In this document: one piece after another, positions 56,599 through 64,000 of the stretch
Numbering within the stretch: the first letter of the stretch is position 1
How the letters are laid out: each line of letters begins with the position of its first letter
Assembly (NCBI GenBank): GCA_018402135.1
Contig: JAGYJF010000005.1
Span: 406,209-470,208, forward strand
Direction: 5' to 3'
DNA: 64,000 nt
From: Flavobacteriaceae bacterium
GTDB lineage: Bacteria > Bacteroidota > Bacteroidia > Flavobacteriales > Flavobacteriaceae
Position numbers and translations under genes: made by a program
Notes under the pieces: model-generated
Told to the model about the DNA's origin: nothing
Seen by the model: only the letters and a program-made list of their open reading frames with translations
Database searches by the model: none

Positions 56599-57792
56599 TT
56601 ATTTCAAAAACTCAAATATCCCACAAGCACCTTGCCCAGTTCCAACGCACATGGTTACCGCACCGTATTTACCGCTCATATTCCGCTTTCTCATTTCGTC
56701 AAACAACTGAACCGATAGTTTAGCGCCAGTACATCCTAGTGGATGACCTAAAGCAATTGCGCCACCATTCACGTTCACGATATCGGGATTTAAATTAAGC
56801 TCGCGAATAACTGCTAAAGATTGAGAAGCGAAAGCTTCGTTTAATTCTATCAACTCTAAATCGGATTGTTTTAAACCAGCCAATTTTAAGGCTTTTGGAA
56901 TGGCTTTCACAGGACCAATTCCCATAATGCGTGGTTCTACACCTGCTGCTGCATAATTTACCATGCGTGCAATAGGCTCCAAGTTTAGTTCTTTAACCAT
57001 GTCTTCACTCATCAGCATTACAAAAGCTGCACCATCACTCATTTGTGAGGAGTTTCCTGCGGTAACGCTGCCACCTGCTGCAAAAACAGCTGGTAATTTA
57101 GCCAATGCTTCTTTGCTAGTGCCAGCACGCGGACCTTCATCTTTGGTTACGGTGTAGGATTTAGTGACCTTCTTGCCATTATCATCAATATAAGTTTGAT
57201 CGACACTTATGGGAACAATCTGACTTTCAAATTTGCCTTCAGCTTGCGCCTTTAACGCTTTCATATGCGAATTAAAAGCGAACTCATCTTGGTCTTCACG
57301 AGACACTTTAAACTGATTGGCTACGGCTTCGGCTGTATTCCCCATACCCCAATAATAACTTTCATGACCAGATTTTACGGTTTCGTAATTGAGGTCTGGT
57401 TTAAAGCCAGTCATTGGTACGCTGCTCATACTTTCGGCACCACCAGCAATAATACAATGAGCCATGCCCGATTGTATTTTGGCGGTAGCAATAGCGATGG
57501 TTTCCACGCCAGACGAGCAAAATCTGTTAACTGTAACGCCAGGCACTTCAATACTATTCAACCCAATAAGCGATATAAATCGCGCCATATTAAGTCCTTG
57601 CGCACCTTCGGGCATGGCGTTGCCTACAATCACATCGTCTATGCGAGACACCTCTAATTGTGGTAATTCTTTCATCATGTACTGAATGGTTTCAGCACCG
57701 AGTTCGTCTGTTCTTTTAAATCTGAACGCGCCTTTTGGTGCTTTTCCAACGGCTGTTCTGTATGCTTTTACTATATATGCTGTCTTGTTCAT
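56599..57792 (-). CDS. fadA: Acetyl-CoA C-acyltransferase (thiolase)
   Basis: NRFCSSG, ELNEAF, GGAIALGHPLG, MCVGTG. Confidence 0.93.
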   Translation of the reverse strand: MNKTAYIVKAYRTAVGKAPKGAFRFKRTDELGAETIQYMMKELPQLEVSRIDDVIVGNAMPEGAQGLNMARFISLIGLNSIEVPGVTVNRFCSSGVETIAIATAKIQSGMAHCIIAGGAESMSSVPMTGFKPDLNYETVKSGHESYYWGMGNTAEAVANQFKVSREDQDEFAFNSHMKALKAQAEGKFESQIVPISVDQTYIDDNGKKVTKSYTVTKDEGPRAGTSKEALAKLPAVFAAGGSVTAGNSSQMSDGAAFVMLMSEDMVKELNLEPIARMVNYAAAGVEPRIMGIGPVKAIPKALKLAGLKQSDLELIELNEAFASQSLAVIRELNLNPDIVNVNGGAIALGHPLGCTGAKLSVQLFDEMRKRNMSGKYGAVTMCVGTGQGACGIFEFLK

Positions 57793-57816
57793 TGTTTTGA
57801 TATAAGTTTTTTAATT

Positions 57817-57880
57817 GAGAGAAGAGAGAATAGATAAGAGATAAAAGACTTTCACCTCTCTTTTCTCTTTTCTATATTCT
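57817..57880. repeat. Inverted pair of AG-rich heptamer arrays
   Basis: GAGAGAA GAGAGAA TAGATAA GAGATAA facing CTCTCTT TTCTCTT TTCTATA TTCT. Confidence 0.65.
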
Positions 57881-57883
57881 TTT

Positions 57884-60277
57884 TTAATTTCTCAAAGGTT
57901 TCCCAGTTTTCAACATATGCTGAATGCGCTCCAAAGTTTTACATTCTGTACAAAGAGATAAAAAAGCTTCGCGTTCTAAATCTAATAAGTACTGTTCGCT
58001 CACCAAAGTTGGTTCTGATAAATCTCCACCAGCCATAACATAGGCCAGTTTATTGGCAATCTTCTGGTCGTGCTCACTAATATAGTTGCTTGCGTTCATG
58101 GAATCTGTTCCTACTAAAAACATCCCAAGTGCTTGTTTTCCTAACACTTTAATATCTTTTCGCTGAATGGGTTGTGTGTAGCCTTGGTCGGCCATCAATC
58201 TTGCATAAGCTTTAGCAGTCGCAATTTGACGGTCTTTGTTGACCACTACAACATCTTTTCCTTTTTGAAGAATGCCATAATCGAAGGCTTCGTAAGCTGA
58301 GGTAGCCACTTTAGCCATACCGATGGTTAAGAAATATTCCTGAAGCACGTTAAGCTCCACATCACCTTTACTAAAATTATCTTGCGCTCTTAGTGCCATT
58401 TCTTTGGAACCGCCACCGCCAGGAATAACGCCCACGCCAAACTCTACCAGTCCGATATAAGTTTCGGCTGCTGCTACCACTTTATCGGCGTGCATAGACA
58501 ATTCGCATCCTCCACCAAGTGTCATGCCGTGTGGCGCTGCAATGGTTGGAATAGATGAGTAGCGCATGCGCATCATGGTATCCTGAAAATATTTGATAGC
58601 CATGTTAAGCTCGTCGTATTCTTGCTCAACGGCCATCATAAAGATCATACCTATGTTAGCCCCAACTGAGAAGTTGGCTGCTTGGTTACCAACAACAAGA
58701 CCGTCGAAATCTTTTTCGGCTAAATCAATGGCCTTATTTAAGCCGGCTAGAACATCGCCGCCGATGGTATTCATTTTAGACTGAAATTCTATATTTAAAA
58801 TACCGTCGCCTAAATCTTCTATAACGACGCCAGTATTTTTGAATACCTCGTTAGATTTACGAATGTTATCTAAAATAATAAAGGCATCTTGACCTGGAAT
58901 TTTTACTTGAGATTTTTCGTCGATATCGAAAGCATAAGAAGCGCCATCTTTTACGCTGTAAAAAGTTTTACTTCCAGCTGAAAGCATATCTTCTACCCAT
59001 GGTGCAACATCATAACCTTCATTTTTAGCTAATTCTAATCCTTTTTCAATACCTATGGCATCCCATATTTGGAACGGACCGTGTTCCCAGCCGAAACCGG
59101 CTTTCATGGCATCATCAATTTTATAAAGCTGGTCTGTTATTTCCGGAATTCTATGTGATACATAGGCGAACAATGCTGCCAGATTTTTACGGTAAAATTC
59201 GCCGGCTTTGTCTTTTCCGTTGACTAAAATTGGGAAACGGTCAATAACTTTATCAACTGCTTTGGTAAGCTCTAAAGTAGCAAACTTAGCCGATTGCTTA
59301 TCGCGGTATTCAAGGGTGTTTAAATCTAAAGACTTGATGTCTTTACCTTCCTTTTTATAAAATCCTTGTCCGGTTTTACTGCCCAGCCATTTATTGTCAA
59401 CCATTTTGTTGATGAAATCAGGCAGTTTGAAAAGTTCGTGACGTTCATCTTTTTGGCAATTATCGGCTATACCGTTCGCTACATGTACTAAGGTGTCGAG
59501 CCCGACCACGTCTACCGTTCTGAAGGTTGCTGATTTAGGACGACCTATAACGGGACCAGTTAGTTTATCAACTTCTTCGATGGTAAGACCCATGTCTTTA
59601 ACCATGTGGAACAAACTCATGATACTGAAAATACCTACGCGATTACCTATAAATGCTGGCGTATCTTTGGCAATTACAGAAGTTTTGCCAAGAAACTGTT
59701 CGCCATAACCATTTAAAAAATCTAAGACCTCTTCTGAGGTTTTCGGACCAGGAATAATTTCAAATAATTTTAAGTAACGTGCCGGATTGAAAAAGTGCGT
59801 GCCACAAAAGTGTTTTTGAAAATCATCACTTCGGCCTTCGCTCATAAACTGAATAGGAATGCCCGAGGTATTTGAGGTGATGAGCGTTCCGGGTTTGCGA
59901 TGTTTTTCCAGATTTTCAAACACCTGTTTTTTAATGTCCAGGCGTTCTACTACCACTTCAATGATCCAGTCAACATTGGCAATTTTAGCAATATCATCTT
60001 CCATGTTTCCAGTAGTTACCCGTTGGGCAAAACTTTGGTGATAAATAGGAGATGGTTTAGACTTTAATGCGGCATTAAAGGAGTCGTTGACGATTCTGTT
60101 TCTTACCACTTTGTCCTTTAAGGTAAGGCCTTTAGCTTTTTCGGCGTCATTTAGTTCACGAGGTACGATGTCTAACAATAAAACATCTACACCAATGTTG
60201 GCAAAATGGCAAGCGATACCGCTTCCCATAATACCTGAACCAATCACCGCTACTTTTTTAATTCTGCGTTTGCTCAT
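57884..60277 (-). CDS. 3-hydroxyacyl-CoA dehydrogenase / enoyl-CoA hydratase (FadN-like)
   Basis: GSGIMGSG, SNTSGI, HFFNP, FSVGANI, LGGGCE, GLVE.GVG. Confidence 0.93.
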   Translation of the reverse strand: MSKRRIKKVAVIGSGIMGSGIACHFANIGVDVLLLDIVPRELNDAEKAKGLTLKDKVVRNRIVNDSFNAALKSKPSPIYHQSFAQRVTTGNMEDDIAKIANVDWIIEVVVERLDIKKQVFENLEKHRKPGTLITSNTSGIPIQFMSEGRSDDFQKHFCGTHFFNPARYLKLFEIIPGPKTSEEVLDFLNGYGEQFLGKTSVIAKDTPAFIGNRVGIFSIMSLFHMVKDMGLTIEEVDKLTGPVIGRPKSATFRTVDVVGLDTLVHVANGIADNCQKDERHELFKLPDFINKMVDNKWLGSKTGQGFYKKEGKDIKSLDLNTLEYRDKQSAKFATLELTKAVDKVIDRFPILVNGKDKAGEFYRKNLAALFAYVSHRIPEITDQLYKIDDAMKAGFGWEHGPFQIWDAIGIEKGLELAKNEGYDVAPWVEDMLSAGSKTFYSVKDGASYAFDIDEKSQVKIPGQDAFIILDNIRKSNEVFKNTGVVIEDLGDGILNIEFQSKMNTIGGDVLAGLNKAIDLAEKDFDGLVVGNQAANFSVGANIGMIFMMAVEQEYDELNMAIKYFQDTMMRMRYSSIPTIAAPHGMTLGGGCELSMHADKVVAAAETYIGLVEFGVGVIPGGGGSKEMALRAQDNFSKGDVELNVLQEYFLTIGMAKVATSAYEAFDYGILQKGKDVVVVNKDRQIATAKAYARLMADQGYTQPIQRKDIKVLGKQALGMFLVGTDSMNASNYISEHDQKIANKLAYVMAGGDLSEPTLVSEQYLLDLEREAFLSLCTECKTLERIQHMLKTGKPLRN

Positions 60278-60734
60278 TGTATTTAAGTATAGATTCTTTT
60301 TGGTTATATATTTTTTTATTTGAAATCATATTATTGATGACTTCTGCTACCTCATAAAAGTTTTTAAGATGTTCTTCTGAAACTTTATTTTTGATAGCAT
60401 TATTAAAAATTAAAACACGTTCTTTAGAATAGTCGCGTTTTTCTTTCCCGAAGTCTGTAAGATAAATTAGAACACCACGGCCATCTTCAGGATTAGGTTT
60501 GCGTTCAATTAGACCTTTCTCTTCCATGACCTTTAAGGTTCTAGATAAACTAGTGGCTTCCATTCCCATTTTTGGACCTAAGGACGTTGAAGGTGTGCCG
60601 TTTTCTGGATCAATACTTAAAAGAGCAAAACCGGTTGCCATGCTGGTTCCAAACTGCGCTGCTTCTTCATTATACATTTTATTTACGGCTAGCCATGTTG
60701 TTCTAAGAACATAATCAATAGTTTTATCTTTCAT
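60258..60734 (-). CDS. MarR-family regulator heading the beta-oxidation operon
   Basis: SLSRTL..MEEKGLIER…DGR…LTD.G winged helix. Confidence 0.9.
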   Translation of the reverse strand: MKDKTIDYVLRTTWLAVNKMYNEEAAQFGTSMATGFALLSIDPENGTPSTSLGPKMGMEATSLSRTLKVMEEKGLIERKPNPEDGRGVLIYLTDFGKEKRDYSKERVLIFNNAIKNKVSEEHLKNFYEVAEVINNMISNKKIYNQKESILKYNEQTQN

Positions 60735-60764
60735 GAAATCGCATTTAAATGTAAAGATATAAAA

Positions 60765-60813
60765 AAATACTATGCACGCATAGTATTTAGTTAAAAATTA
60801 TGCTTGCATAGTA
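60765..60813. promoter_or_regulatory. Two TATGC-N2-GCATA palindromes (putative MarR operators)
   Basis: AAATACTATGC-AC-GCATAGTATTT 60765-60788; TATGC-TT-GCATA 60799-60810. Confidence 0.7.
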
Positions 60814-60820
60814 AATATTA

Positions 60821-60847
60821 AAAAAGCGTCCAATTTAAGACGCTTTT
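60821..60847 (-). terminator. Intrinsic terminator
   Basis: AAAAGCGTC-N8-GACGCTTTT with a T run on the minus strand. Confidence 0.65.
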
Positions 60848-60871
60848 AGATTAGGAAACCTTTGGTAATGT

Positions 60872-61267
60872 TTATCCCACTTTACCATTTATTACGCCAG
60901 CAATTGCGCCAATTATTGCCGTCGAAACGATAGTTATTGCTGTGTCCATAGCAAACATTTCGTAAGTAGCACCGCTCACCATAGCCATATTGAAAAAATT
61001 GTAAAATAAGGCAATGAAAAGTCCAATCACAGCACCAGCCTTTAAGCCTGTGGTGGCTGTTGAAATTTGCGCCCATTTCGTAAAAATGTAGGCAAGAAAA
61101 AGACCATAGGTAAGACAACCTAGGAAAATCATAAGCATTGTTTGTGTAGTTTCGTCGGGTTGCTCCGGGAAAAAATCTTTGAAAAGAATGCCGTAAAACA
61201 GCCAGCCTAAGAGAAAATAAACAATACCAGCAACAATACCAGAAACGAGAAAGTTTTTAGTTTTCAT
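60872..61267 (-). CDS. Small four-TM membrane protein of unknown function
   Basis: ATG 61267; FLLGWLFYG and GLKAGAVIG; four hydrophobic segments. Confidence 0.7.
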   Translation of the reverse strand: MKTKNFLVSGIVAGIVYFLLGWLFYGILFKDFFPEQPDETTQTMLMIFLGCLTYGLFLAYIFTKWAQISTATTGLKAGAVIGLFIALFYNFFNMAMVSGATYEMFAMDTAITIVSTAIIGAIAGVINGKVG

Positions 61268-61361
61268 TTTAATTGATTTATTAGTTAGTGCCATAAAAAT
61301 AGCAAAAAAATCAATTAAAATATAAATTTATTACGAATAAATTAAATAAGATGTTAATAAA

Positions 61362-63131
61362 TTATGAATATATCTTTTTGTACAGATCTTGATACATATT
61401 CAAAATAATCTCACGTTTCATTTTCATAGTAGGAGTAAGATGACCGCCTTCAATTGACCAAACTTCCGAGGTAAGCTCAAAACGTTTTATTTGTTCCCAC
61501 TTTCCAAAACGTTGATTTGCTTTATCAACTTCTTTTTGAATTCTTTGAATAACTATGTCAGAACTGATTATTTCTGAATTTTCTTTCTCTATTTTATAAT
61601 TTTTGAAGCTAATCCAGTCCTTAATAAAATCGAAATTCGGCTGAATAAACGCAGCAGGCATTTTTTCACCTTCACCAATTACCATAACTTGTTCAATAAA
61701 ACGGGATTGTTTTAATTCATTCTCAAGCAAAGTTGGTATGATGTATTTTCCGCCAGAGGTTTTGAACATCTCTTTTTTACGTCCAGTAATTTTTAAAAAC
61801 CCTTCGGCGTCTATTTCACCTTTGTCACCAGTGTGAAAATATTCACCAGTCATAACGCTTGCAGTTCGTTCGTCATCTTTATAATAACCGAGCATTACAT
61901 TCGGCCCTTTAATGAGAATTTCGCCATCCTCTGCAATTTTTACTTCAACATTCGCTATAGGTTTTCCTACTGTACCTACCTTAAAATGCCTGTCTTTATA
62001 CATACCAACGGATACAACGGGAGAGGTTTCGGTAAGTCCGTAACCTTCCATAACCTGCATTCCTGCGGCACAAAAAATACGGGTTAATCTGGGTTGTAAA
62101 GCGGCACTACCTGAAACCATCGTTTGTAATTCGCCACCAAGTGCAGCCTGCCATTTACTAAAAATAAGTTTACGGGCTATATTAAGTCTGAATTCATACC
62201 ACCAACCGTTTGCACCGTAAGGTTCCCATTTTTCACCAAGTTCAACTGCCCAAAAAAACAGCTTATATTTTATACCTGTGAGTTCTTCAGCCTTACCAAT
62301 AATTTTGTCATAAACTTTCTCAAGTAATCTGGGCACCACACTCATTAAATGTGGTTTAATTTCTTTGGCATTGTCTCCAATTTTATCTAAACCTTCCGCG
62401 AAATATACTTGGGCACTGGCATATTGATAGACGTAAATTAATACCCGTTCAAAAATATGGCAAATAGGTAAAAAACTCAGAATCCGTGGTTGGTCTCCCA
62501 CCAAAGGAAGTCTGGGAATACTGTCTAAGGCATTGCTGGTAATATTCCAATGGCTTAACATTACGCCTTTTGGTTTTCCTGTGGTGCCTGATGTATAAAT
62601 AATGGTAGCTAAATCACTTGGTTTTACGGCCTCTTTTCTAGCTTCTACTTCGGATTGATTGACAGTGTCTTCACCAATATTAAAGAGTTCGGAGTAGTGC
62701 TTACAGCCGTCAATATGATCAAAACTGTAAACATCTTTCAGTTTTGTATTAGCTTTGATAGAATTAACTTTATCTAGGACTTCTGCATCGGATACAAAGC
62801 AGTAAATAGAACCGCTATGATTTAAAACGTATTCATAATCTTCGGCAGAAATTGTTGGGTAAATGGGAATGTTTTGAGCACCAACTTGTAAAACACCAAT
62901 GTCCATAATGTTCCATTCGGTACGATTGGTTGTAGAAATAACCGCAATTTTATCGTCTTTTTCGATGCCCAATTTCAATAATGCTCTACTTACAGCGTTC
63001 GCTTTGTCTATGTACTCTTGGGTAGACATGGCTTGCCATTCACCATTGTATTTGGTAACTAAGGCATGACTTAGAGGTTTGTTTTCGAGCTGGTAATAGG
63101 GGAAATCAAATAATCGGGTTACTTTAGTCAT
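61362..63131 (-). CDS. Long-chain fatty acid-CoA ligase (AMP-dependent)
   Basis: IIYTSGTTGKPKG, EGYGLTE, FHTGD, LTPTMK. Confidence 0.92.
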   Translation of the reverse strand: MTKVTRLFDFPYYQLENKPLSHALVTKYNGEWQAMSTQEYIDKANAVSRALLKLGIEKDDKIAVISTTNRTEWNIMDIGVLQVGAQNIPIYPTISAEDYEYVLNHSGSIYCFVSDAEVLDKVNSIKANTKLKDVYSFDHIDGCKHYSELFNIGEDTVNQSEVEARKEAVKPSDLATIIYTSGTTGKPKGVMLSHWNITSNALDSIPRLPLVGDQPRILSFLPICHIFERVLIYVYQYASAQVYFAEGLDKIGDNAKEIKPHLMSVVPRLLEKVYDKIIGKAEELTGIKYKLFFWAVELGEKWEPYGANGWWYEFRLNIARKLIFSKWQAALGGELQTMVSGSAALQPRLTRIFCAAGMQVMEGYGLTETSPVVSVGMYKDRHFKVGTVGKPIANVEVKIAEDGEILIKGPNVMLGYYKDDERTASVMTGEYFHTGDKGEIDAEGFLKITGRKKEMFKTSGGKYIIPTLLENELKQSRFIEQVMVIGEGEKMPAAFIQPNFDFIKDWISFKNYKIEKENSEIISSDIVIQRIQKEVDKANQRFGKWEQIKRFELTSEVWSIEGGHLTPTMKMKREIILNMYQDLYKKIYS

Positions 63132-63248
63132 TTTTGAGTTAATTAGATTAATCAGGGATCGATATTACGAAAATAGGAAAATTTACCGTATTTAATTATA
63201 AAAAATCTAATTCTCCGACTTAATTATTTCTTTTTTAGAATTGAAGGT

Positions 63249-64000
63249 TTAATTTTTCTCAATCCACTTCCTCGCATTCACAAAAGCTTCTAACCACGGG
63301 GAAGCTTCATCATTTCTCTCTTTCGGATAGTGCGCCCAATTCCATGGAAATATAGAACGTTCAATATGTGGCATGGTAACTAAATGACGGCCAGTTTTAT
63401 CACACATCATAGCTGTATTAAAATCGGAACTATTTGGGTTTGCTGGATAATTTTCATAACCGTATTTGGCAACAATGTTATACTGATCTTCAGCGTGTGG
63501 AAGTATAAATTTGCCTTCACCATGAGAAATCCAGACTCCTAAGGTACTTCCTGCTAGAGAGGAAAGCATCACCGAATTATTTTCCTGAATTTTAACCGAG
63601 GTAAAGTTGCTTTCGTGTTTATGAGAATCATTATAGGTCATTTTTCCATGACTTTCATGCTCTGGATTGATGAGTTCTAATTCCATCCAAAGCTGACAAC
63701 CGTTGCATATACCAACGGATAAGGTATCTTTTCTTTTGAAGAAGTTTTTTAAAGCCGTATTGGCTTTGTCATTATATAAAAAAGCACCAGCCCAACCTTT
63801 CGCAGAGCCTAAAACATCACTGTTTGAGAATCCACCAACCGCACCCAAAAACTGAATGTCTTCCAGATTTTCTCTACCCGAAATTAAATCGGTCATATGA
63901 ATATCTTTTACGTCAAAACCTGCCAAATACATGGCGTTTGCCATTTCACGTTCGGAATTGCTGCCTTTTTCTCTAAGAATTGCTGCTTTTGGACGATTTT
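63249..64000 (-). CDS. purL: Phosphoribosylformylglycinamidine synthase, C-terminal glutaminase part (gene continues beyond the window)
   Basis: Frame is open to the window edge (…KAAILREKGSNSEREM); GGFSNSD, GICNGCQ, SHGEG, MPHIER. Confidence 0.93.
   Translation of the reverse strand, partial: NRPKAAILREKGSNSEREMANAMYLAGFDVKDIHMTDLISGRENLEDIQFLGAVGGFSNSDVLGSAKGWAGAFLYNDKANTALKNFFKRKDTLSVGICNGCQLWMELELINPEHESHGKMTYNDSHKHESNFTSVKIQENNSVMLSSLAGSTLGVWISHGEGKFILPHAEDQYNIVAKYGYENYPANPNSSDFNTAMMCDKTGRHLVTMPHIERSIFPWNWAHYPKERNDEASPWLEAFVNARKWIEKN

Noticed and set aside
1-64000. tRNA, rRNA, prophage, integrase or defence-system genes
   Set aside because: None recognisable by eye; a tRNAscan or Infernal run would be needed to exclude small RNAs.

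Overview
AT-rich bacterial chromosomal segment, most likely from a Flavobacteriaceae (Bacteroidota) genome. This is inferred from TAnnTTTG -7 promoter boxes, a fused CcoNO, a Sec-type lipoprotein NosZ and a LETM1-related gene. Left to right: a TonB-dependent receptor split by an IS1182-family element; sodC plus a ligand-less SOD-fold paralogue; hemN-uspA; a ~21 kb block with a clade II nos cluster (cyt c, fasciclin, nosZBLDFY), a putative copper-uptake module (Cys/Pro-rich leader ORF, Met/His lipoprotein, OprC-like receptor), an Rrf2-ric-membrane protein unit and a TetR/TolC/HlyD/ABC efflux operon; the cbb3 oxidase cluster; peptidases; a vWA/AAA pair; trehalose synthesis and hydrolysis genes that each carry one in-frame TAA; a MarR-led beta-oxidation operon; and the 3' part of purL. 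Main non-obvious signals: (1) five copies of a (A/C)TGAY-N4-RTCA(T/G) palindrome, each 22 bp upstream of a -7 box (two exact-like, one degenerate); (2) a candidate copper-sensing leader ORF in the nos block; (3) a duplicated, still codon-like 3' end of the acyl-CoA dehydrogenase gene next to REP-like palindromes; (4) several short-repeat families just past stop codons. All calls are from reading the sequence; no searches were run.
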